DNA of 63,965 nt, counting the filler, from Olpidium bornovanus S191 (Eukaryota; Fungi; Olpidiomycota): NCBI GenBank assembly GCA_017911155.1. It is 35 parts of 35 records of this genome, joined end to end, with 100 filler letters (N's around TTAATTAATTAA, not from the genome) between each part and the next. Parts side by side here need not be neighbours in the genome. Positions count along the whole stretch, not along the records: positions 46,216 to 47,978 come from JAEFCI010007466.1; positions 48,079 to 51,351 come from JAEFCI010005674.1; positions 51,452 to 53,067 come from JAEFCI010001120.1; positions 53,168 to 54,796 come from JAEFCI010006814.1; positions 54,897 to 56,120 come from JAEFCI010012471.1; positions 56,221 to 57,889 come from JAEFCI010003106.1; 29 more parts are not named here. One strand, given 5' to 3'. Below the pieces are notes generated by a model. That model had not been told where the DNA came from. It ran no database searches and saw only the letters and a program-made list of their open reading frames with translations. Shown in pieces: positions 46,374 to 57,989 of the stretch. A program made the position numbers and the translations under genes. How positions within the stretch are numbered: position 1 is the first letter of the stretch; every line of letters starts with the position of its first letter.

Positions 46374-47956
46374 ATGGCCTCGCTGGGTTTGTCACTGTTC
46401 ACCAGCTCGATGTGCAAACCGCACGAACAGGTACGGGAAAGAAAAAAAACATCAAGAAAACGTGAACACGGTCGACGTTCGGGGGCTTTCTTTTTTTTTT
46501 TAGGGAAAGAGGGACTCCGAAAGTCTGCGTTCCCATCTTGCCCCCTCCCAGGTCCGTCTGAAGGCGAGAAAAAACAATTTCTTCCTGTTTTGCGCGGGCG
46601 AAAACCTCGTCTCGCATCACATCCCCCCTCCCCACACCACCACCCTCCGGGACCCACACGCGCACATAACTCAGAAGCTCGACCACAAGAAGCAGCAGAC
46701 GCTAGACTACAGGAACGGCTACGCCATCTCGCAGAACATCGTCCCTCCGGACCTCGCCTTGACCTTGGACGATGACGAGGTGCTGAAGGCGCTCGCGGAG
46801 TCCGCGAAACTGCAGTTCGGCCTCGGGAAAAGGATCAAGGGCCCGCTCCAGCAGAGGGGCGACCATTTTTGGCGCACCCCGGAAAACGCCGGGGGCGAGA
46901 ACGGGAAGATCTTCCTGCCTGCGCACGTGGCTTTCGACAAAACGGTCCGTTTTCTTGACGGGACTTGCAGCACGCTTTGTTGTTTTTTTCTCTTTTTTAT
47001 CCGTTTTTTTTTTTTTTGCGAAGATCCCACCCTGATCAAAGCGTTCATCGGGACGGTCGCGGAAAAACAAAAAAAAATTCCCCCCTCACCCCCCCTCCCC
47101 CCCTACGCCAACGCTTTTCTGCAGGTCCTGCGATTCAACGCGTACTTCAAGCAGACCGTCCACGACTCGACGGAGCAGTACTACGTGCGGAAAGTGCGCA
47201 TCTTGTACTATGTCGAGGACGACACCATCGCCGTCGTGGAACCCCCCATCGAGAACTCCGGGATCCCCCAGGGCGTCCTGATCAAGCGGCAGAAGCTGCC
47301 GAAGGATTCCGCGAACTTCTTCACCGTCGCCGACCTGGACGTCGGGAGAAACGTCACCTTCTATGGAAAGACTTTCAGGATCGTCGGTTGCGACAAATTT
47401 ACCGAGGTGAGGCGGTGGACCGTGAAGGCGCGCCCGGCCTGCCGGCCTCGCCCTCCTTCCCCTTTTCCCCGCCGCGCTCGAGGCTAACCCAAAATAAAAA
47501 TTGGCGCTGCAATTCCCCTTCTACCAAGAACTACCTTTTGCTGAACGAGGGCAGGACGGTGGGCTCCCCCGAACCGATGCCCGTGGACCAGTACATCCAG
47601 TCGCGGTCGCGGCCGCACCGGATCGTGCGGTCGACGCCGCCTAACGACAAGCTCCGGCGGTTCCTGGAGCACGACCGCCAGGTGCTCCGCTTCTTCTGCT
47701 CGTGGGACGACCGCGCATCCATGTTCGGGGAGCTCCGCGACTTCGTCCTGCACTACTACCTCGTGGACGACTCCGTCGAGGTGCGGGAGGTGCAGAAGCC
47801 CAACCAGGGCCGCGACCCGTTCCCCGTGCTTCTGCGCAGGCAGAAGCTTCCCAAGGTCATGAAGGACCTTTCCGACCTCTCGGACGGGGAGATGGTGCAC
47901 TGGTCCGACCTCGGCGTCGGCGCGACGATCGACGTGATGGGCCGGAAGTTTTTCTT
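46374..47956 (+). CDS. EFHC1: EF-hand domain-containing protein 1 / Rib72 (axonemal, DM10 domains), 5' part
   Basis: QTLDYRNGYAI, FLPAHVAFDKT|VLRFNAYF..YYVEDDTIAVVEP..NSGIPQG, GKTFRIVGCDKFT|, QVLRFFCSWDD..HYYLVDDSVEVREV..GRDPFP. The first exon (46374-46429) is tentative; the gene is secure from 46675. Confidence 0.93.
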
Positions 47957-49006
47957 GTGAGGGAAAAAAAAAAAAAACNNNNNNNNNNNNNNNNNNNNNN
48001 NNNNNNNNNNNNNNNNNNNNNNTTAATTAATTAANNNNNNNNNNNNNNNNNNNNNNNNNNNNNNNNNNNNNNNNNNNNAATCTTACGTGCAGGATAGGCT
48101 CATAATCTTCGGAGATGAACTCCTTAACCCAAACTCCGCCAGGGAGGAAGAGTTTTAAAGATAAGTAATAAAAAAACAAGAAAATTTGGTACAACCATGG
48201 ATAGTACGCAGTTTAGCTGTAGATTCACGTTTTCCCCGTTTCGCCTAGTGAGGTGGGTTGTCGGAAAAATGAGGCGCAGCACAGCTGCCCCCTTTCCCAG
48301 AAGCCTTCCAAGGCAATAAAATCGGCTAGAGGACACCCATATCAAATAGACAGAACAGGCAATAGCGAGGCTAACACCTTCGGAGCAATCAAGAAAGCCT
48401 TCTTCGGTCCTCGCATCCGCGCAGTATCCTCTGCGTCGGGAACCTTCCCGCCCTTTTCGTCCCCTCGTAACCCAAACACACTTCCGCCATATAAAGTAGG
48501 CCTGGCAGCCGTATAGAATCTACAGCGCGTCGAACAGTGCAGCCTTCCGGCGTCCTGCGTCCCCGTTCGTTTTCCCTTGGTTCTCCTGTCACTTGTCACT
48601 TCTCGCGCCTGCCCGCTCCCCCCCCCCCCCACCGCCCAGCCCCAAAAAAAAAAAAAAAAAAAAATAATAATAATAATAATTAATAATAATAAAATTTCCG
48701 CGTTTCCCTTCGGAAAATTTCCCCCCCGGAAGTTTATATTTCCGAAAAAAAAAAAAGAAGGAAATAAAAAATAGAAAAAAAAAAAATTTAAGGGCCGAAA
48801 AATGCGCACGCCGCAGGCACCCCCTCTGCCCGCCCCCGCGCGCGCCCCTTTTGGTCTTTAACAAACGCGCGGGCAGGGAGGCGGGCGGAGAGCGCGCCCG
48901 CCCCCCCGTCCGCTCTTCTCGCTGTGGCTTCAATCACCCCGCCCCCGGCTTAAACTGGTCGACGCCCCGCGCCCGCGGATCGCCCGAGCAAAAAGGGAAA
49001 GGGCGT

Positions 49007-51149
49007 ATGTCGCTGTCGATGAGCCGCGACGTCCCCTGCCGCTGCTGTGGTGGCGCTGAGCCCGTCCCGGTCGTCTTTGTGGAGGGGTTCATGGGAAGAG
49101 GCACCAGCGGGTACTGGGGCGACGTCGACCGGTACAACCGCTCGCGGACGCGCTGCTGCCGACGCGCTGCGCGCAAGAGGCGCCTGCTGTTTGTCCACCT
49201 CGGCTCGGTTTCGTCGTTGCACGACAGGGCCTGCGAGCTCTTTTACCAGGTAAATTGCCGCTAAGAAAAGAGCGAGTCTGCGGGTTGCTGCTCCGGGGAA
49301 CTTATGTATTGACGTGCGTTTTTGTCAATGCACACGCCCCAGATCACGGGTGGAACCGTCGATTACGGGGAACTGCATTCGAAAATACACGGTCACGGCC
49401 GCTACGGTCGGACCCACGGAGGCAGGCGTTGCTCAAAAAACCCCGCTCTTTTACGTTCGCCGGCGTCTTTTTACCGATGTTGCCGATCACTCAACGATCC
49501 CGTGGGGGGATCAAAACTAAAATTGGTTTCGCTTTCCAGGACTCTACCCCCAGTGGTCCAGCAAACACCCGCTGCACTTCGTCGGCCACAGTTACGGTGG
49601 CGTTACCATATGGTACATGCAGCAGCTGCTGATCCGCGGGTACTTTTCCGGACAGGCCAGACGTGCGGCAGCCGAAGGGGCAGAATTTGTCGGTGGCAAG
49701 GACGAAGGCGACTGGGTCAGGAGCTTGACCGGGATCAGCGCGCCGTTCCGAGGAACACCGGCCGCGCACATTTTGGGAGAAAAGGAGGACGAGCCGGCAA
49801 AAGGTACGTATCCCTCGTGCGTCGGGCTTCGGCTGCCGTTACGGCCTCCTCCGTGGGAGGGGGGCCGTTACCTCCGCCCCGACCACGCTGAATTTTCAAA
49901 CGGGGTGTTTCCGTCTGGTCAGTGCATCTGCTATCCTTCGGATCCGCCCTGTACCGCCTTGTGCACCTCTACTTGTATGCCGACTTTCCCGCCTGGATCA
50001 AGGCTTACCTGTACGACTTCAATGTCGATCATTGGGGTTTCGGCCGAAACGGCAGCGCTGAAACCGGGAAGACGTCCTTCTCGGAACTGCTCGGCAACCT
50101 GGCCTGCTCCAAGTGGGCGGAAGGCCGTGACTGCGCTCCGTACGACCTGACCCCGAGGCGGATGGCGTGGGTGAACCGGCGGTCGGCGTTGTGCGGGAAG
50201 ACGTACTACCAGAGCTTCGCCGCCAGCATGGTAGGCGTTTCCGGACATTCGGGGTTGGGGAGGTGGGCGGCGGTGCGGTGCGAATTCAAAAAGTTACTAA
50301 ACACACAAAACTGACGCACCGCAGACGGAAGTAGACTCCAAGTCTGGGTTCCACTTGCCGATGATCCACGGCGTGCTGCCTCTCACCGTGCTCTCCTATT
50401 TTGTCGGCCGGTACTCGCCGAGCTCGCAGAAGCTGGTGAACGAGGTCTCCGGCGCGGCCGAATACGCGGGCGGCGAATCCGACGAGCCCCATTGGCGGCT
50501 GGAACGGACCGGGGAACAGGCGGCCCGCGGCGGCACGCGGCCTGTCCACCTGCCGCCGGGGCGGCGCTACGACCCGTCGGAGTGGTGGGAGAACGACGGC
50601 GTGTGCCCGCTGGCAAGCCAGCTGCACCCTGGAATGTGCGCCGAAGGCTACTGCACGTGCGGCGGCGAGCAGAGCGCAGCGCCGGGAGTGTGGTCGGCCC
50701 ACGTCCTTCAATCGACTTCCCACGTCGACGTTGTGCCAAACGTGCGAGGCCTGCTGCGGCGGCCGCCGCCGCCTCCGCGCGTAGCCGAATCCAAGGCTTC
50801 CCCGGCGGCGGCGACGGGCCTCTTCGGGAGGTTAATATCGGCTCTTGCCGCCCGCCTGTCCCGCCAGCCCTCATCGGATGGGGCGGGGGAGGCTTCTCGG
50901 ACTCGCCGCGCCCGGCGGGATTCGGCCTTCGCGTCGGCGCCGGACGAGGTCGGCGGCGGCGTGTCCGGCGCGGCGGAGAAGCCGTCGGACGACGAAGCCG
51001 GCGCCGTCGGGCAACCGTCGGGATCCTCCTCTAAGCACGCGAGGGTCTTCCGTCACATCTTCGGCTGGCTCGACACCGTCGACGACGATGCGGAAGAACG
51101 GCGCGCTGCTCCTCCTTCCGGAAACCACTGCTCGCCGCCTGGCCGCTAG
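49007..51149 (+). CDS. Alpha/beta-hydrolase lipase of the Staphylococcus/Geobacillus (family I.5/I.6-like) type, five exons
   Basis: PVVFVEGFMG..YWG, SSLHDRACELFYQ|ITGGTVDYGELHSKIHGHGRYGRTH|GLYPQW..HFVGHSYGG (nucleophile), YDFNVDHWG, DCAPYDLT, WWENDGVCPLASQ, candidate His in SHVDVVP. Confidence 0.85.
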
Positions 51150-52995
51150 GCGCGGTCCTCGTGAATGTCGTCGTTGCTTCGTCCTGCCCTTGACGAAATC
51201 GTCTCGATAGGCGTGCTGCCTCCAACATTTATAAGAGCACTCTGCTGTTTATATACCGTATCGCTTTCGCGCGTTTATCTCATTTGTTAGACACGTTTAT
51301 AACTCGCACTGTACGATATACACGCCCGGCCTTCCAACGCGTTGACGCATGNNNNNNNNNNNNNNNNNNNNNNNNNNNNNNNNNNNNNNNNNNNNTTAAT
51401 TAATTAANNNNNNNNNNNNNNNNNNNNNNNNNNNNNNNNNNNNNNNNNNNNAAGCGATGCATCTTGATCTGCGTCCCGGCCCGCGCGTTCGACGAACGGG
51501 AGGTGATCCTCTAGGACGCCTCCGGTCGTGCCATCGCCGTTTTTATTGGGAACGCAGTAGGTTCCAGGCATGCCGCAAATGATCCCTCGACAAAGCTGAA
51601 GGCATATCGGTCCCCCGCGGATCAATCGCGGGAACGGCGCAATGAGACCCGACGTGGACGATTTCGCCGGTGCTTGTGAGTCTTTGTCGAACGGCAGACG
51701 TGGCCCGCGCGACTGCTTCGCGAGTCGGCATGATTTCACAAGCTGCCCGCCCGGCGCGGCGAATCGATCGTAGCAACGTCGCTGGCATTTGGAGAGTGCG
51801 GAGGTTGTCACATCCACTCGACCCGCTCAAGTCACGTGCTCTTCATTCGGTCAAGTTTTATTCCTTTCTACAGGTAGATGAGAGGATAGCGCGCTTGCAC
51901 AGTAGGAGGTGGAGAGAAGCATCTCGTTGTGAGGATGGGGGCGGATGAGGATCGGATGGGTAGGGCAGAACCTATGACGCCCTGCTATTTACACCCGCGC
52001 CGGGCCTGGCGCATTGTTTACATTATCCAGCGCAGCCAGAGCTAGGCTCGTGAATACGAATCCCCAGATAGCGCAGAACGCAGGTCGCGTACTTCACTTG
52101 TCACATTTTGCGTCGTCTTTTACAAGGGAGAGATGAGACGCGTTTAAACGGCAACGCACCCAAGCGGGGGGGGGGGGGGGGGGGGGAAGGGGAAGTCAAC
52201 CCGTTCTCTATGGCATCGGCCATTCTAGGGGGGTCGTAATATTATGCTTGTAGTCTGGTTTTACTCTCTGCGACTTTGGAACTCCAGCGTATGATGCAAC
52301 TAGCATAGACTCACCAATAATTTGTCGGGACGCCAGGTCTATCTCCTCCGTGGAGACATGGGTTACTTGCAAGCTTCTCTCCATTTCCTGCAAAGTTGAA
52401 CATCCCGTACAAAAAACGGAAAGCAGATCTTGATTATCTAAATTTTCCGTGAAGTTATAACCCGTTGAAGTTGCGGACCGCCGACCCGTTTTGTATGAGG
52501 CCAAGGCGAAATTGATACACGTGACGTCACCCCGAATACAACCTCAAATATTTTGTTCGATGGATCACATGACTTTATTACATAAGCTGAAACTACAAAC
52601 AACAAATACCCTATCTATTCATCCATTCCAATACGCCAGTGCGATTTGTTCTTCTTTTGGCTAGGGTGGGGAGGGGATGGGCCAGGACCGCGTTTACGTG
52701 TAGGAACATTTTTTTTTTTCGTTTTCTGCACATGACAGCAGCACGTAAACGCGAAGCAGGGCAGGGGTGGCAGCCGACGCCTCCCGCCTCCGTCATTTTT
52801 CGCCAACCAGAAAACCCCGACTCTCCAAAAATTGATAAGCGCGCACGCAGCCCGCCGCCCCTACCGCCGCCTCTACCGCCGTCCGCCACCATCGGCAACC
52901 GCTAATTCACGTGAGGCCGGGAGGCCGGGTGTGGGAGGCGGGGTGGAGGGGGGGGGGGGGGGGGGGGGGGAGAGGGCCCCCCCGGGCCTTTTTCC

Positions 52996-53042
<47 letters not shown>

Positions 53043-53167
53043 TTTTTCCCCTTTTTTTTTTTTTTAANNNNNNNNNNNNNNNNNNNNNNNNNNNNNNNNN
53101 NNNNNNNNNNNTTAATTAATTAANNNNNNNNNNNNNNNNNNNNNNNNNNNNNNNNNNNNNNNNNNNN

Positions 53168-54017
53168 CATGTTCCACCGGCCGATGCCCAAGCGCAAGCT
53201 GCCGCGTCCTGACGTCGAGCAAATACTGCAGGATAAAGACTGGCTCCCCATCTGGAAGAGTGTGCCAAGCAGGCATCGCCTCCTTGATCTCCGGCTGGCG
53301 TTCACGACCGCCGAGCACGGCAGAAGCATAGGGACCCTTTTCGAACTCACGAAAGGCTGGCAACCGATGCTGCTGATCGTCGAAACGACGAACCTGGCGA
53401 AATTTGGGGGTACATACTCGTATTCCGCCTTCGTGCGCATGCTTCTGCTCTCGCTGAACGAACGGCGATATTCGTCGTCTTGTCCACTCAGCGTTTATCA
53501 GCGGGGCCTGGCCGTACGAACGTGGCGTGCCGAAGAAGGACAGGAACAGGTTCGGCGGCAGCGGCGAAACGTTCCTCTTCGACTTCACGACGGACGGCGC
53601 TTATCGAGTATACCCGTGGGTCGGCGCCCACCCGGCGAACGGGTCTCCGGCGCACGAGAGCAACGGGGATCCACCGCACGGGAGCAACGCGAGCATGCGC
53701 GAGAAGTGGATCAAAGACATGGCGTCCTTCTTCGTTGTCGCGGACCATCACGGCATCGGCGTCGGCGGGGGAGGGTGAGACATGCAGTTTGCGCACGTCG
53801 CTCCGATTTGTTTCACAAGCTTTTTTCTTGTGCTTAACGCGCTGGTTTCCTTTTTTCGAACCCTCCCAGATCCGGCTTTGGACTGTGGGTGAACGGAGAT
53901 CTGACCGTCGCGCACAGCCACGAGTGCGCGACTTTTGCCAATCGGCCGCTAGGCGGGCCGGGAACCTACGGAAACAACCTGGATGTCGCCCTGCTTGAGG
54001 TTTGGGTGTTTACTTAA
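53168..54017 (+). CDS. TLDc-domain protein (TBC1D24/OXR1-like), 3' end
   Basis: IWKSVPSR..LAFTTAEHGRSIGTLF..LLIVETTNLAKFG|AFIS..FGGSGETFLF..IGVGGGG|..GLWVNGDL..CATFANRPL..LEVWVFT*. Confidence 0.87.
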
Positions 54018-54657
54018 AACTGCATAATCCCCCCCCCACCCCCGCTTTGATTTGAACATCATTACTACCCCCGCGGCGTTCGTCTGGCTACACCACTTTT
54101 GCTTCACAGCGGGATTACCCGCTTCAGGTTTACATACTTTGAAATTATTGTGCAACCCCCCCCCCCCTCACACACACACATACACATTCTCTCCCTCTCT
54201 CTCCCCCTTTTCGCTTTTCCCCATGTTTTTTTAGTGAATTAGCAGACGAGGACGTCTGACGCTTTGCGAGTTGTTTCCCGGGACGTCGCGCGCGCACCGG
54301 CAGGATTTGCTACTTTTGGTGGGGAATTAAGGGGCGTGCAGGCTTAAATTGCCCTTTGGCCGCCGACTACGCGTAAGCGCGCTTTCCGTTGCCGGAAGGT
54401 GGCATAGACACTTATTTTTTACGCCCCGCGCATTCCCCGAACAGGATCGGAAGTCGGCACAGCAGCAAAATCTGTCCCCCCTCCTTCTCCCCCCCACACA
54501 TACTTCCCTCCTCCCTCGCCGCGCGTCGCCCGCCCCACGCCAGCGCGACCAGCCGCGTTACTTGGACACGATATTTTGTTTTTTTTCCTGTCAATGGCGC
54601 GAGAACGGAAAAAATGACGTACAAAATTTCGACAATACGGGAAGGGAAAAATAGACT

Positions 54658-54692
<35 letters not shown>

Positions 54693-54739
54693 GCCGCCCC
54701 CCCGGGGGCCCCCCGCCCCCCCAAAAAGGGCGGGGGCCC

Positions 54740-54791
<52 letters not shown>

Positions 54792-55667
54792 CCCCGNNNN
54801 NNNNNNNNNNNNNNNNNNNNNNNNNNNNNNNNNNNNNNNNTTAATTAATTAANNNNNNNNNNNNNNNNNNNNNNNNNNNNNNNNNNNNNNNNNNNNGCAT
54901 GGCAAGTGAAAAAACTACTGTCCTTTGTAATCTGCTATTGTCAAAAAAAACTTTTCCAAACAGAAGTTCCACAAGACAATATTCATCAGCGCCACGAGTA
55001 GGCTCGATCCGAAAGTCCAAAAGATACTCGATTGTCAAGACATTTGTATCTCAAATCAACCATTGCAGGACACGCGTATGATGCAGAGATTTCACAATAT
55101 GAGGAAGATTATGAACCAGTTACGTTACATCCATACCATCCCATCGAGGATATTTACACAGAGTATAACCCGCAAACCCTGTATGACTTGTTCACCAAGC
55201 TAAATTTTTGACCATTTTGGCTCATTATGTGACGACGTTCTGGTAGTGATAAATGATGCGGTTACATCTCCTGCACGCAATAATTTTTGCGTTTGGCGGT
55301 TGGAGAAAAGAATGTGTGTGCGTGTGCGTTTTTGTGCGTGCAGATCAATCAAAATCTCCCTCCCCCCCAAAAAAATAATGAATCATATTTGCTGTGGGCG
55401 AACGCGCGAGAAGAAAAAAAAAAATTGCGGGGAAGACGACGCCCGGGGAACACGCGCGCACCCTTTTCCCCTCCCCGTTTCCCCCTTCATTTTCCCTTCT
55501 TCCCGTGGGCCCTTCGCGGCGAGGCAAAATATAACAAAAAACCTGCCGTGAAAGCCGAACCCCGCGGCCCACACCCCCCACCCCTCCCTTTGAAAGCGGC
55601 GCGCGGGCTCTCTCTCTCTCCATCTCTCTCGGACTCGTCGAACAGCTGCGGCTCAAAATAAACACAC

Positions 55668-55913
55668 ATGGCAGACGACCGCCAGGCCGTCGTTCTGGAC
55701 GTGCCCGAAGACAAGCCGCTCCCGGCCGCTCCCGGCAGCGCGCCCGACGTGGTCTCTGGGGCGGCGGCGGCGGCGGTCGTCGTCTCCCCCGCGGGTCCCG
55801 AGCACTTCAAGCGCCTCGCCCTGATCCAGGTGGCGATCCTGGCCGTGGACCTTTGCTGCACCCTGTTCGCCGAGACCTGGAGAAGCACGCCGCTGAGCGT
55901 CGCGATCATCTAC
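55668..55913 (+). CDS. TMEM138: TMEM138-like ciliary membrane protein, first exon
   Basis: FKRLALIQVAILAVDLCCTLFAETWRSTPLSVAIIY|gtgtgc aligns by eye with TMEM138 [36 protein letters not shown]. Confidence 0.6.
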
Positions 55914-56025
55914 GTGTGCGAGCGGGCGAAAAGATAAAAGGGGGCGGGGGGGGGGGGGGGGGGGAAAAAAAAAAACCCCCCCCCCCCCCCGCCACTCCTC
56001 CCCCCCCCTTCCCCGACCCACGCAC

Positions 56026-56120
56026 TTGCTGCCTGAACCAAGCACGGACCGCGCCATGGACAGCGTCGAGCCGCGGTAGAGCCCGATAAACCCGTCCTCC
56101 CGGACGATGGAGGCCAGCCC
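56026..56120 (-). CDS. Mitochondrial carrier (SLC25) exon fragment
   Basis: GLASIVREDGFIGLYRGSTLSMARSVLGSG..|gtgcgt, matching the carrier [DE]GxxGL[YF]RG..R motif. Confidence 0.68.
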
Positions 56121-56435
56121 NNNNNNNNNNNNNNNNNNNNNNNNNNNNNNNNNNNNNNNNNNNNTTAATTAATTAANNNNNNNNNNNNNNNNNNNNNNNN
56201 NNNNNNNNNNNNNNNNNNNNGGGTTGGGGGGGGGGGGGGGGCGGGCGGGGTGGCGGGGGGGGGGGGGGGGGGGGGGGCGGGGTGGGGGGGGGGGGGGGGG
56301 GAAAAGGGGGGAAGGGGGGGGGGGGGGGGGAGAAAACCCCCCCCCCCCCCCCCCTTCCGTTGGTCGACGATGGACACGACGAACAGCGGCAGGAGCCAGA
56401 CGGGCGGCCGCCTGCCGTCGAGGCGGGGAACGCCG

Positions 56436-57700
56436 CTACCCCGCGCTTTTGCGACTCTTGCCCAACGTGAAGACCGTCGGGCTACCGAGAGCCGGCGACG
56501 AGATCTCGCCAGACATCGTCGCCGACCGCGGCTGGACCGGGGCCGCCGGCTCGGCCGCGTGCCTATCACCGCTGGTCCGCTTCGAGCCCGGTGTCTTTCC
56601 GCCCCCTTCCCCTGCGCTCGCCTCGTCGTCGGAAGTGCCTCCGGGCGGCGTCCGTCCTTCGCTCAGACGGCCCGCCTCGCCCCTGCTGTGAACGCTGACG
56701 GTCTTGATGCCCGTGCCCTCCTCGTCAAGCTGCCGCCGGACCAGTTCGCGCGTCCGCCGCCGGAATTCCTCCTCGACTTTGAGGCGCTCCTCAGCTTCCT
56801 CAGCGTCCGCGGGCGGCGCCTTTAACGACGCCGCGGAGTCGTCGGAGAGGTCCATCCACGACGGTTTGCGCAGCAGCCGGTGGAAGGCGAGCGCAAGCAT
56901 GTGCGCGTCCGATGAAGTTATCGGCCCGTCCTTCCGCTCGGGCGCCGCCTCCGCCCGCTGCCCGGAGGCCGCGCTGCCGCCGCCTTCGTTCTTGGCTGGC
57001 CCATGGCCGTCCTCCGTAACGCTGTCCGCCACCGTGGACGCACTCGAATGGGCCGTGTCCTCTCGCGGCAAAAATGTGTCCCTGGAACCCGCTCGCCGCC
57101 GCCACCAGTAGACGAGCCCGGCCAGAACGCACAACATAGCAAACCCACCCACGCTCAACAGCGCGATCCCCCCGGGCTTCGACAGCGTCTCTTCTGCCGA
57201 ATCGTTCGTGGCCTCAGCCGCCGTCCCTGTGTGCACCGCCGACGTCGTCGTCACAGTCGACGAAGTGGTGATATTATTTGTGGGACGGGCCGTCGCTGTC
57301 GGAGTCGTCGGGGCGACAACCGGCGGGCCACGGCGATACACGAGGTCAGAAAGCCCGCACCGCTCCAAACCAAGCGTGCGAGCATCGGCAAATTGTATCT
57401 CACAACTGATAAAAAAATCTGGTCCCGGCTCCTCGTTTGTCGTCTGCGGGGCGAAGGAGGCGGTGATGACCCAAAAGTGGATCCGGGTAACCGCAGTGCT
57501 TCCTGTCACTTTGGCAGGTTCCGCCCACTTCGAGAATATCGTCGCGTTGTCGACGTTAATGAATTTGAATCCCCGCGCGACGCTGACGGACTTTTCCCGG
57601 TATATTAGGGTGTGGTCCGAGAGCTTCGACGGATTGTCTTTCCGCCTCTCGTACAGCGCCAGATCGACGCTTGAAGTCGTGAGCAGGTTGGCCTGGGCCT
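56436..57700 (-). CDS. Single-pass type I membrane protein with Ser/Thr-rich stalk (last exon)
   Basis: The frame extends upstream of the listed ORF (SSVDLALYERR..). Thr-rich stalk, TM GIALLSVGGFAMLCVLAGLVYWW followed by RRR, and a cytoplasmic tail. Confidence 0.72.
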
Positions 57701-57989
57701 TGTTCCACTGCGACAGAGTTCAAGCCCTTGGTGATGATTCGCGACGCACGTTCCCAACCGCGAAACCACATGCCAGCACCGGCCGGCGGTGACTTGACGG
57801 ACCTACCTGCACGACGACCTGCTCGTCTCCCGCATACCAGTTCGCTCCGGCAGCAGGCTTGCAGTAGATGGGGGCATCGCAGGTTTCCANNNNNNNNNNN
57901 NNNNNNNNNNNNNNNNNNNNNNNNNNNNNNNNNTTAATTAATTAANNNNNNNNNNNNNNNNNNNNNNNNNNNNNNNNNNNNNNNNNNNN

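Noticed and set aside
3130-47124. Several introns are 3n long and stop-free (3130-3294, the NME6 intron near 14530-14701, 21466-21591, 46945-47124)
   Set aside because: With one third of introns being 3n and GC-rich sequence poor in stops, a few such cases are expected by chance.
52208-52504. ORF with LQVTHVSTEE resembling the copia RNase H end
   Set aside because: A single short motif; the flanking HID and ADxxTK motifs are absent.
54897-55250. ATSRLDPKVQK resembling the hAT LDPRFK motif
   Set aside because: Too weak; no other transposase motif or TIR.
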